This document shows positions 37,436 to 51,400 of a stretch of 64,000 nucleotides of DNA, one piece after another (the stretch's first letter is position 1; each line of letters starts with the position of its first letter). The translations under genes and the position numbers were made by a program. Under the pieces are notes generated by a model that searched no databases, had not been told where the DNA came from, and saw nothing but the letters and a program-made list of their open reading frames with translations. This DNA is from Octopus sinensis (Eukaryota): positions 23,498,001 to 23,562,000 of the forward strand of contig NC_042997.1 in NCBI RefSeq assembly GCF_006345805.1. Direction: 5' to 3'.

Positions 37436-40400
37436 GTAATTCTGGTTAAAGAAAATATCTGAAAACAATTTTCTCATAAAATGTTCATCTTTTTCTTTTT
37501 GTCAAAATAATATATTTTTAATGTTATTTTTCGAAATAATATAAATATTAAAAGTAGAAAAAATAAATGGATTTTTAAAATATATTTTGTTGAATCAATA
37601 CCAAAAAGAAAGGAAGAAACTCTTAATTTCAATTTTTTTTTTAATGTTTGCAGTTAGCTTGATTTGTATCTATGTTAGCTGCAGCAGCCTCTACATGTAA
37701 ATGTATTCTATACAGATATGTATGCAGACGTGTAGAGGTTTGTTTATAATCTTATTTACTGCTGATGGCTAAATATTTCTTGTTCCATTCTGTTCATTCA
37801 AACTCAAGAATATTCGATACAACTAAATTGAAAAACAACTGTTGCTGTATATGTTATTTTTAGACAAGGATGCTTTTTGTCTCCCACTCTCTGTACCCTA
37901 TTTTCTTTTTGTCATGTTTGAAGTACTGACTCTTTACTTTCAATATCCAGTATTTAACTTTCACCCCTTCCCCCATTCACCTTTATACTCTAGTCTTCCA
38001 ACCTTCTCACTTCCCTTGAGTGACAAACATTTTTTTCTCTTTTCTTCACTCATACAGTATGCATGGCTTGAAATTCTCCCCCATTATCTCTGATTGGACA
38101 ATCACATGCAGGAAAGATAATCAATCAAAACTTACTAGTGACCCACAAATCTGAACAGACTAAATAACTACTACTTTCATGAGAGTAGTAGTTATCATGT
38201 TCAGCTTGGCAAACTAATATGATCTAACTACAGGCAAAGAGTATGAAACTCTTGACATTCTCATTTATATAGATCAGCACTTTAACTAGAGGACTACTCA
38301 TTTTAAAAACTACTTACATGAAATTGGTTGACATTATAAATAGTGTTTCATAGCAGATGTATAGTTTTCATTTTTGTGCCCTAAGTTTATACTTGAAGTA
38401 TGAGCAAAATGAGTAATTGGTTTTATATAAGAGCACTAAACAAATAGATAGTTCTGAATTTGAATGTCGCAATTCTTTTTAACTTTGTTGGCATTAGATG
38501 AATTGATCTAAAAGAATCATCATCATCATCATCGTTTAACGTCCGTTTTCCATGCTAGCATGGGTTGGACGGTTCAACTGCAGTTTGGGAAACCAGAAGG
38601 CTGCGCCAGGCCCAGTCTGATCTGGCAGTGTTTCTACAGCTGGATGCCCTTCCTAACACCAACCACTCCGTGAGTGTAGTGGGTGCTTTTTATGTGCCAT
38701 CTGCACAGGTGCCAGACGAGGCTGGCAAACAGCCACAATTGGATGGTGCTTTTTATGTGCCACCGGCACGGAGGCCAGTCGGGGCGGTGCTGGCAACGGC
38801 CATGTTCAGATGGTTCTCTTACGTGCCACCGGCACTGGTATCTCAGCTACAATTTCCATTGATGTTGAAAGATTTCGATTTCGATATACAATGTTATTCA
38901 ATTAAAAGTTTTAATTATTTTTTTCTAGCACAATATCCTATCCTCTCAGAAATTCTTTTCTTAGGCTAGCTAATCTGATAAAGAATGTGTGTGTGTGTGG
39001 TGGGGTGCTTTTACATCAATGTGTGCATATGTGTGAGAAAAATGAACAAAAATATACAAAGGATATAAGTTGTCTTTGGGACAATAGCGTCATTAAGTCT
39101 GCAAGTGGTTTGAATATTTCAAGGGTTTCAACATTTCCAATGAATATAAGCTTACATTTTGCTCGAGTCATGGCAACATTTAATCGTCGGATATCTTTCA
39201 GGATTCCACCAGCCTAAAAACATAAAACAGTCTCAAATCATAATTTAACATGTTAAATATAAACCATATAAGCATTAACTAATCACTCATCTCTCCATTA
39301 TTTGTGCTACATGTATAGCAACAGATGGTACAAGACCTAGCCATATTCAACCATTCCTATCATCACCCTTTACACTCACCCTCTTCTGTTTGTCACAAGG
39401 TCAATGTATAAGGGTTTACATTGAACCTGTTCATACACAATACATTCTACTATCACCTTTGCTATATTGCTAGTCATCAGCTATTGCTTACTGTCCCCCT
39501 GACTAAATGTCACTGTCAATTATCATTTATCTTTACCATTATCCACCTCTATTATTACCCATCTCTCTCTCTCACCTTAAACACAGTTTCTACTATCATA
39601 CTCTTATATCTTCATCCACCAATTCTGTTTATGCCATCTCTCTCTCTTCCTTATTCACATCTTGGTCACACTGCTTTGGGTGTATATATATGTCAGAGTA
39701 GTGAGAATTCTACTTTTATGTTATAGAAGTTAAGCTTCTTGTGCTGGTGCCATGGTAATGCAATCAATACAGTTTGTAAAGTGATTAGTGATGGGAAGGG
39801 TATCCAGACATAGAAACCAAATCAAAATATAAAGGCAAGATGTGATACTCCAACCTGTTGGCGTGGGTATGGGAGTAATCTGGATAAAAACTGACAACCC
39901 AACCAAACAGTACTGAAAGCGGACATGAAGTAATGATATGATATGAATGCAACTTCAAACATTTGTGGCTCAAGATTTTCATTTATCTACATCTAAATCA
40001 AGAATATATCGTGTTACAGTAGTTTTGCTACATAAATATTTAAATTTATATATTGTAATATGCTTGTCTAAATGCTTTATATAGCTTTCCGTCAATTTCT
40101 TTGAAAGTGTGAAAATACATTGTATGAATAAGTATGGGAATAAAAAATATATAAGAAAAAGTGTAAGGATATACTGTAAGTGCAAGAATATTTTCTACTT
40201 TAAATTTGTACAATTTCCAGTTTTGTGTGTCAAACATTAAAATTACAGTAAATATTGCAGATTCTAAAAAACGTCAAGATTATTCAATATTAAGATAATT
40301 TTTCTGTTACATGAATTCTTACTTACTTTGCAAGATTTTAAATTTTCTTTGGAACTGCTTCTCACAAATGTTACTATGATTATATCTTTATCGCGGCCTT

Positions 40401-42405
40401 GATACTGATCAACTGTATTCACCTCTACATATTGAGCAGCTTCTTTTCCAATTACATTAATCAGTGTTTGATGGACAAGCTTTACTTGATTTCTGTATGG
40501 AGCTATAACACCAATATCACTGAGGCACATGCCGTCCTGAAAGTAAACAAAAAATATTAACCAAACACACACATATATTACCTTAAGTGACATAATGGAA
40601 GAAGCACAAAGAAAATTGATTACAGACAGTCTAGTTTAATTGTATCCATATTTTAACATCAATTTGGTAAGTCTGCAGTATGGGATTCTACTCTTCTTGA
40701 TTTAATGAGATCTTGTGAGATCTATATCCTCAGATTTAATCTCTGCTTTTTCTCAAGAATTTGATTATTTTTAATTACAATTGAATTCAAGCTGCATGAA
40801 GTTTATTATGAAAATAAGGAATTATGACCATAGTTCTTTAGCAACCTCACTAGAAAAAGGACATCACTGATACTCCATGCTAGCATAAATCTAAACTGCA
40901 TCTTATCTAAAACTAATTCCCTTCCTAATAACTTTTTAATACCCGTCATGACCTGATCCAGCAGTTTGATGTTTCTGTAGTACTCTTTCTTTCTAAAATA
41001 TCACCTTTACTTTTAAAGTAGTTGATGATATTGCTACACTGGCCATTGGGTATCGCATTTTTCTACACAATGAAATGATGTTGAGAAAAAAAAAACAGAA
41101 AAGCAAAAGTGGATTTTTAAAATTTCTATTTACTTACCGTTTGGAAAACTGAGACTATCATAGCAATCAACTGTGCCTCAATGTTATTTTGAACTTCTCC
41201 TCTTGTATTGTAAGTTTCTGGAGCTGGAACCTGGAATATTGACAATAATTAGTACAGAAAAATGTCACTACAATTGAACAAAAAAAATATTTAAATTCTT
41301 GGATTTAGTCTTTTCTTTTTAAAACTATTTCAAAGAAACAAGTGGTAAAATGCTTTTGTTAAAATCTGATGTGAGGAAAATTCTAATGTATTAAGCTGAG
41401 CGACTCTGCAAAAAATTCCAGCACAAAACATTACAATTCTTAGCTTTTCATAGCACTTTAGCATTATGTTATTTAACTTCACTGAAATATTTATTTTGTA
41501 AATGTTTACTAAGTAAAAGGAGTTCAGAAATTGAGTTGAAAACAGGTAAATATATTTAACAGCTTATGAAGTTTCACATTCAATATTCTTAGTATTCAAC
41601 TGAATTTATATGAACCTAGAGAGTAATCCTGTACCAACCAAATTAGAAAAGGAAAAGTTAATTTAAATTCAGCAGCAAGAACAGTCAAAGTGATAACAAG
41701 AATTTTAGTTTTAAGAAATCAGTTTTATATATTGAGTTGTTGGCATTAAGAAAAGCATCCAACCTTAGAAAATATACCAAGGCTGACACTAAAGCTTGAT
41801 GCAGCCCCATGCTTGCCAGATCCAGTCAAACTGTACAATCTTTGCCAGCATGGAAAACAGATATTAAATGATGATCATTGTTCTCCATATTAATCACCTT
41901 TAAAACATTTTATCAGTTCTTTTTCAGAAATATGGCAATTGCTGACTTTCATTCCCCCACCCCAACTCTTCATTTAGGGAATTATCTGAAGCAAATAAAA
42001 ACATTAATGGTAAACAACAGGTTGAGAGAAAAGTGTTTTCTAAGGAATGGATGAGGTGCTAAGCAATAGTCATGCCAATAATTCAAACAATACTTGAAAC
42101 ATAAATGGCATCATTACTATTTACAAAGGCAACTATAAAAGAAAGCAAATTTCAACATAAGATATCATCATTTAACATCCACTTTTCGTTCTTGTATTGG
42201 TCAGAAGAATTTGTGGCTGATTTTCTATGGCCAGATGCTTGTCCTGTCACCTATTTTCAAGCAAGGTAATATTTGCCATATGGCCAGACATATTTTCCAT
42301 GGATTAGTGGAAATGAAAAGTATCACTTACATGATAGTGATTGCTTGTTTACAACCATCACATGATGTCAGAACAAGGGTATACACAAACATCTCTCTCT
42401 CTCTC

Positions 42406-42455
<50 letters not shown>

Positions 42456-45400
42456 AGGTGCAATGGCGCAGCAGACTCGCGGTCGCAGGATCGCAGTTTC
42501 GATTCCCAGACCGGGCGTTGCGAGTGTTTATTGAGCGAAAACACCTAAAAGCTCCACGACGCTCCAGCAGGGGGTGGTGATCCCTGCTATACTCTTTCAC
42601 TAATCTTTCTCCCACTATTTCTTCTGCTCGCTTAGCCAGCGGGGTGGCATCATTCAAAGGCTAAAACAATGCAAACGCATTGTGACCAGCGATGTGTAAC
42701 AACATCTGATGGTCTGGTCGGTCACGTGATATATATATAGGACAGGCTTTTTCAGTTTACATCTACCAGATCCACTGAAAAGATTTTGGTCAGCATGGGA
42801 CTGCAGTAGAATATACTTGCCCTAGATATCAAACAGTTGGACTGAATCCAAGAGACACATGTTTGAGGAAACAAGTGTTATATCATACATCAACACTCTC
42901 ACCTGGTATCTGAAAAAATAATGCTTTTCAACTGAAAGCATTCAAGTTCCAGCCACAACTGCTGAAATATTCGTTTGTAAAAGGGAAAGAGTGCAAGAAT
43001 AATAATAACTAACTATGCTTTGTAATATTCATATAAATTAACTATTAAAAGAAAATACCATTTTTGTATTGAGAAACAGAACTGCTTTATTCAATGCTCC
43101 ATTGACAACATCTAGCATCCAGGATGGTAGATTAGATTTCTGTTAAAAAACAAAAAATCACAAAAATAAAATATGAATCTGGTAACATTCAGAAAGTCTG
43201 AACTTAACAAGTATAGACTGATAACAAAACATGATTTTGACCAGATATCACTAAATATATTTGGAAAAATAATATAACAAAATCATCATTCAATATGAAA
43301 TAAACATTAAAGGTTGTGTAGGTGAAATACCTAAAAAATTATTACCATCAAGCTCCTTACTACAAAAATCTACAAAAAAATCAGGACTTGGTAAATTTTT
43401 AAATTGAGTCCATCATTGTCATTTAATATCTATTTTCGATGCTGGTGTGTGTTGGAATGTTTGACAGGAACCAATGAGCAACACTGAGCTCTGCTGTTGG
43501 ACTTGGCATGGTTTCTATGGCTTGATGTCCTTCCTAACACCAACTACTTTACAGTATGCACTGGGTACTTTTTTCATGCCACCAGCACTAGTGAAGTTGC
43601 CAAGTAATTTGCATGAATTTCTAAGAGGTATCCTAACAGATTGTTTCAATTTTTTTGTGTCAAACCACTCTAAAAGTATGCCAGTGGTATTTACACTGAT
43701 TTACATTCTATTGACTGATGTACCTTGGGTACAGATATCACACACCTTCCTACTCTGCAGATGATACTGCCTCTAATGCCCTTTTAACTTTTGCACACTG
43801 GTACCTATTTCTTTACTACCCACAAGGGGCTAAACACAGAGGGGACAAACAAGAAAAGACAAACGGATTAAGTTGATTCCATCGACCCCAGTGCGTAACT
43901 GGTACTTAATTTATCAACCCCGAAAGGATGAAAGGCAAAGTTGAACTCAGAACGTAATGGCAGACGAAATATGGCTACACATTTCGCCCGGCATGCTAAC
44001 GTTTCTCCCAGCTCGCCGCCTGGTACCAATTTGCACTACAATTATGTAAGAACATCCTCAATGGGGCAAGTAATCTGCTTCAACAGTATCAAAACACTTT
44101 CAAAACATCCTTTCAACATAAAATAATACTTTATCTTTGAAATCATACTGGTCCTATACAAGGCACATGAAGGTGTGTGGCTTAGTGATTAGGGTACTCA
44201 GCTAGTGATCATAAGGTTGCGAGCTCTATTCCTAGTAATGCATTGTGCCCTTGAGCAAGACACTTTATTTCACACAGCTCCAGTCCACTCAGCTGGCAAA
44301 AATGAGTTGTACCTGTAATTCAAAGAGACAGCCTTGTCACATTCTGTTTCATGCTGAATCTTCCTAAGAACTATGTTAAGGGTACAAGTGTCTGTGGAGT
44401 GCTTAGCCACTTACATGTTAATTTCATGAGCAAGGCTGTTCCGTTGATTGGATCAACTGGAACTTTCATTGTAATCAATAGTGTCAGTTATTCAAGGCAC
44501 AAGCGTGCATTTTTTTGTTTTATTATTGCCAGTGCCATGGGACTGATCCCTGTGCAGGTGGCACGTAAAAAACACCATTTGAGTGTGACCATTGCCAGTA
44601 CCGCTAGACTGGCCCTCTTGCCAGTGGCATGTAAAAGCACCCACTACACTCTCAGAGTGGTTGGTATTAGGAAGGGCATCCAACTGTAGAAACTCTGCCA
44701 GATCAGATTGGAGCCTGGTGCAGCCATCTGGTTCGCCAGGCCTCAGTCAAATCGTCCAACCCATGCTAGCATGGAAAGCGGACGTTAAATGATGATGATG
44801 ATTATGATAAAGGCAGTGAGCTGGCAGAATCATTAGCATATTGAACAAAAAGCTAAGTGGCATTACTTCTAGATTTACATTGTGCTCAAATTCCATCAAA
44901 AGTTGACTACCTCTCAACCTTTTGGGGCTGATTAAAATAAGTACCAGCTGAGCATTGGGTCCATTCAACTGATTGTCACTCTCCCACAAAATTTCAAGCC
45001 TTGTGCCTTTAGTAGAATGGTGATTATTATTTGCTGAGTCTGGAAGAAGCAGGCAGCAACCCCAGACACACACAGGTTCTCTGGCACTCATGATCACATG
45101 ACATCTGTTTTCCATGCTGACATGGGTTTGACAGACAGGAGCTGCTAAGCCAGACGACTGCGCAAAGCTTCATCAGCTTTAGCATGGTTTCTATGGCTGA
45201 ATGTCCTTCCTTATGCCAGCCACATTCCAGAGTGTACTGGATGTTTTTCATGTGGCAACAGCACCGGTGCAATCACCAAGTAACTTGCAAGATAAAGACT
45301 TCTCAATTGAGAATGGGTATGGTATTGAATTGAGAGAGGTAGCTTTGTATCAAGTGATGAGATGTTAAACTATGACAGAGGGATAGAAACAGGTATCTTG

Positions 45401-48400
45401 CTGTAGAGGAGATACATGGCTACCCCAGTTGGAAAGAGAGAGATAGTAGTGAAAATATGTCAGGGCATATCTTTGAGATACAAGGAAGTGAATGTATGTA
45501 CAGTGGTACAGAGAGGCGAGGAGAAATGGAATACTGTGGGTGGTGAACACAGATATAAGGGAAGGACAGGAAAGATGACAAAACATTGGGCTGCAGGAGC
45601 AGTGAAAAGGAGAGACAAGCATAGCACATGAAATGCAATTTGGTTGGTGAGGGGGATGGTGGAATTAATGTAATGTATGGGTGGAGATCACATAATACAC
45701 AGCACTTCCAGAACTCAGCTTTGCTGAGATGGGTGGATCTTCTCAAGCACTTCATACTGCGACTGCTGTAAATGCTCTGTTTAAGCTGTTGCAGGTCAAG
45801 ACCAGCAGGGAGGAGATTCTAGGGGACCAATGTTCTGGGGATGAAGGATTAGGGATAACATTAGTATGGGAAAGTGAGTCTGGATACACTAAAAGTAGAA
45901 AGAGCAGTGGGCAGGGGTGCTTGAATAGTAGAGATACAGACAACCAACTCTAAGGAGGAAAGGCCATTACAGTAGCAATAGAAGAGACAGCAAACCTGTG
46001 AGCCAGAGGCTGGAGTACATTTGTTAGTGATAGAATGCCAATAAGTCAAGAAGTCCTTTGTTGGATACAATCTAGGGTGTCAGTGTGTAGAGCAACAACA
46101 CCATCTCAGAGTGGGAGCAGTTCTCCGTTGTTAGCCTAACTTTAGACTCATAGAGTGTTAGCAGCTAACCCTAAAAAGAAGGGCTAGTCTGTGGGATGCA
46201 CTCCTAGCTATTCTAAGAAAGTAATAGTGAGGTCCAAAACTCTTGAGTGCTGCAGTGGTGTTTCCTTGATATGAATAGTGCTTGAATTTTTGTTGTTAAA
46301 AGAGAAAATGTTGGCATGGCCCCACTGAAGGACGTCCTCAAAGACTATGTTTATGAAACCAATGCAGGTTTAGGATACATGTCAATAATGCATGTTTAGG
46401 AAGGAATGAAGTGTCACGACATCTGCACACAGACAAACATTTGTGTATTGTATCAAAAAACCCTAACCAAATGGCAAATCATCACTCACAAACACATTAA
46501 TGTACTCACAATTACATTAGCATCTTCATCTTCCTTCTGATCCCACAACTACAATTCCTGTTCCTAAGAACTAGTAAACAATGTGTCACTTCCCTCGACC
46601 AATATATCCACCTCTCTTCTAATCATACCAAACCCAAGAATGCAAACTACTAAAATTCCTCTCACCCTGAGTTAACTCTATATTCATCAACTACATCAAT
46701 TTTGCTAACCCGGAAAGCTCTGCAAAAGCTGTAAAGCGTCATTGCTCTTTCTCCTCAGACTAAAATGTGAAAAATATCTTAACTAACCAAGAAATGGAAT
46801 ATATTAGCAACTACTGTTTGTAACCTGCTTCAGTTAAACTAACTCTACAAAGGATAAGATAATATTTACATAGAAAATTTTAAAAAAACATACCCTTTTA
46901 ATACACTTAGAAGGTTGAAGGGTTCGTGTTGCTACTTCTTCATTACCACACTGTAGACATCCTTCATAAATCAGCTCATTTGACAGTAACATTATCTCTC
47001 TGCAATGAAAAAGAAGTAGACTTTTAAGTGTTCTTCCACAGCTTGCAATTTTTCTTGGAGGTGGGGAGTGGGGAATGTGTTGAGTCAGTGTGCCAGTGGC
47101 ATGAAAAAAGCACCCAGTACACATTTTAAAGCAGTTCACATTAGGAAGGGCATCCAACTATAGATACCATGCCAAAGATGACACGGGAGCTTGATACAGC
47201 TCTGTACCTCACCAGTTGCCTGTCAAAGTGTACTACCCATGCAGGCAAGGAAAGTGGATGTTAAATGATGATATTGATGCAAGAATGGCAATAATCTTGA
47301 TTTATTTGTATGGCCTTACAGACTGGAAGAGAAAGGGAGGAAGAAACCAGAAAACAAGCTTAAATATCAAACAACATAAACCTCAGTAAAAGCAGCCAAG
47401 ACAAATGGTAGTATTAAATTGGGTTTGACATTGACATTGAGTCTACCAACTGAAAGTAGTTGTAGTCTATTCAATAGGTTTCTACATAGGTACAAGCTAA
47501 CCAATTTCGCTCACAAAACTTGCATTGTTCAAAGGTATCATCATCATCATTTAACATCTGTTCATGCTGGCATGAGTTGGACGGTTTGACAAGGCTGCTA
47601 AGCTGAGGGGCTGCACCAGACTCCAGCCTGATTTGACCTGGTTTCTACGGTTGGATGCCTTTCCTAATGCCAACCACTCCAAGAATGTAATGAGTGCTTT
47701 TGCTTTTACATGCCACCAGCATGAATTCCAGTTGTGTATCACCAGTATCTACCACAACTACAATTTCACTTTGCTTCTTCTCAAACACAACATATTGTCA
47801 AAGTTGTCCATCATTGCCTCCATGAGGCCCAGCGCTTGAAAGGTGCTTTCACATGCCACCGACATGGGTGCTAGTTACACGACACTGGCACTGGCCACAT
47901 TGCCTCCATGAGAAGATATTTGTCTACGATGCCATACAAAAGGAACAAAGTTGGAACAATGTGATTGCAGAGTGTATGCCTTAAACACTAGGTTATGCAT
48001 ACAATGGTAGTAAATACAGGGGTAAAAGTTAAATTATGTTTTGTTACATATATATACAAATACAATATATAAGAGCATTACCTGTTCATTCTATACTGAA
48101 GATTTAGCTGCACAGTTGCACCCTTATCTTCAAGCTCTACAAAAAGACTTTTGTCCATGCCCAAACTCCTGAAAAATGGAAAAATAGAATAAGTTTAAAG
48201 AATTAATAGCAAACGTTTTATAGAATTACCACCACAACCACCTTATACACCCTCATCAAAAGCACCACTATATTTTCTACATTGATGAAGAATCAAATCA
48301 TCATGGATGAAAAAAATTAAAAATTTTATATGGAATTATTGGAGTAAGTTGAGGCATTGTTCAAATCAACCTCAATATGCAACAGGTACTTTTGTATCAT

Positions 48401-51400
48401 TCCCAAAAGGACAAAAGGCAAAGTCAGTCCAAGCAGGATTTAACCCTTTCATTACTGTATTTATTTTGAGATACTCTGTGTTTCTCTTAATTATTTTAAA
48501 TATAACAAAGAATTTAGTAAAATAACTCAGTTGTCATTCAGCTAGTGTAAGGAATATTAATTATGACTAAGCTTTGGTGGGAGATTTTAATTCAAAACTT
48601 ATGAATACAAGACATTTGTACTACAGAGCCAGAGCCGGGTTGGTAACAAAAGGGTTAAACAGCTGTAAATAACTATGCATAGAATTGATTCTGCCACATA
48701 TTCAAACCATATCACAAGCAATGTATCTCTGCTGAACTGCACATCATTCCCATACTACATTACAATATTTCAAGAGTGTCAATCCTCAGTATTTTATCTA
48801 TAAAATTATTTCACTCACTACTGACATCATCATTATTAGTCCTCATTCCTACAACACTAAATCCTCATTGTTAACGATAGGTTTTTATTCTTTACCAAGT
48901 TAGTATAGAAGGCAGAAACAAATATGATGTTAAAATTTATGTAAGAGATGTACAGAACAATTACAGATTTAGATCTGTTTGAATTAGATTAAATACACCA
49001 AGGTCCACAACTCTGAGATTTAATACGCACAAATAATGAAATCATGAATGGAACACTGCCTCTTTGCTTCGTCTGTTAAAGCTATTATGGTAGCAAGATT
49101 AAGAACAGGACATCAATAACCCACAGAACATGGTTCTGGATTGTGGTAGATTGTGTTAAACTATGAAAAAGCAATGTAAATGCAAAAGCAGGAAAATATT
49201 CATTTTCTTTGTCAAGAAATCTAAAACATCTCTTCAAAAAAAGAAAAAGGAAATTTTTTATAGTATCCCAAAATTTGGCATGCTCCTCTACACTGACTTT
49301 CCACTTATTACACTCTCCTATCAACATTTCTAACATTATCAAAAGCAGCATCTGCTTACATAATGCCACAGCCTCAAGCAAGGCCAATATAAAACATTTT
49401 TCAGCTTTCAGTGTCAATTCAAGAGCACTCACAAGCACACACACAACACATACTTTTCACCTGCCAAAATAACCAGCTGAATTACTTACTACTCTTTATT
49501 GCAAATGAGAAGTAGTTACAAATCAAAAAACATGAACATATATATATATATATTGTATAATTTTGAAAAATTATCTATTTACTTGGCCTGATCGCTTTGG
49601 ACAATAGGAGGAAGTTGTTTTGAATCTCCAACTAAAATGAATTTTTTGGCAGCAAATAAAGGACCAAGGCACATGGGCAGCATCACTTGAGAGGATTCAT
49701 CAATAATACAGACATCAAACTGACGTTGACATTGAGAAAAGAGTGTATGGGACATGCCCACACATGTAGTGGCAACAACATTCTGGGGAAGAAAATAAAG
49801 GAAAATAGTTTACCAAAACATTGTGCAAGAGCTCAGAAAATAAAATATTAGGCTTCAATTAAAAATATCAAGTTAAATTTCTGTTTTCATTCATTCATTC
49901 ATCCATCATCATCATCATCGTTTAACGTCCGCTTTCCATGCTAGCATGAGTTGGACGGTTCAACTGGGGTCTGAGAAGCCAGAAGGCTGCACCAGGCCCA
50001 GTCTGATCTGGCAGTGTTTCTACAGCTGGATGCCCTTCCTAACGCCAACCACTCCGTGAGTGTAGTGGGTGCTTTTTACGTGCCAGACGAGGCTAGCAAA
50101 CGGCCACGATCGGATGGTGCTTTTTACGTGCCACCGCCACGGAGACCAGGCGAGGCTGGCAACGGCCACAACATTTCTCTAATCAAGTTAAAATCTAACA
50201 GACACTGTGTTATAAACTGATTTTAAATTTTAAACTCTCTCCAGAGAAAGATTTTTGTCTACAAATTGTTTGGATAATCTCAAATGACCAAAGTTTTTCA
50301 ACTCCAAGGTATTTTCTCTTCAGCCATGTTGATGATGTTCATAATTAGTGTCCCTACATCAGTGCTTTTCAAACTTTTTGCTGGAGCGGAACCCCAAGGA
50401 AACATTCCACTGGCTCGAGGAACCCCTGTGCAATAATTTAATAGTCTTATGCACACATATCTGCACAGGAGACTTAAAAATTACTGCCGAATTTAGCAGT
50501 TTTGTAACTTCTTGTGGAACCCCTGCACTGTACTGGCGGAACCCTGGTTGAAAACCACTGCATTACATATATTCTATCTTATTTGTTTCAGTCATTGGAC
50601 TGCAGCCAAGCTGAGGTACCACCTTGAAGGGTTTAGATGAATAAATTGACCCCAGTAAATAATTTTTTAAATTAAAATCTGGCACTTATTTTGTAGGTCT
50701 CTTTTGCCAAACTGTTAAGTTGTGGGGACATAAATGATCTAACTCTGGTTCTCAAGTGGTGGTGAGAGACAAACATACACTGCAACATATTTGGTCTGCT
50801 GCCCTACCATTTATGCCATTCAGTCACTATCTTCAAAAACCCAAATACTGAGTATGTAATCAAATAGATTGTGTTTCCAGGCAAGTCACACACAAGAGCT
50901 AAGAGAAGAGAGCGTTAATCTCTTGGCTGAAGGAGTTATGATGGAATAAAAACTGGTAATTCATTAACCAAGACACCTCCACTTGAGCATTCTGAGTATT
51001 TTCTCTTGGTAAATACTTAGACAAATATCTATATTCCTACCATGGATTCATATACAGTTTTCAATTCCTGCACAGATTTCGCATTCTTAGTCAGTTCATC
51101 TGCTGAATAAGGGTAGATATCAGGGTGGATACGATCCTTCCGGCCCATACGTAAAAACTGAATTTTTTCCTAAAAAGGACAAAAAAGTAATTCAAAGATT
51201 AGAACGTGTATATTGAAAAAACACAAGGAAAGTATATTTCAGAAACTGGTTATAGGAATTAACAAAGAAATAGAAGTTTGTCAACATTTAGATAATATTT
51301 TTGTTCATTAGTGTAACATCCATTTTCCATGTTAGCATTGGTTAGAGGTGCTTTTTCCATTGACAACCTTTATGTTTTTCCAAGGAATGGGATTTATATT

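Noticed and set aside
49085-49472. Overlapping ORFs of 119 and 87 aa inside a DNA2 intron
   Set aside because: No recognisable motifs and AT-rich low-complexity composition; consistent with chance ORFs.
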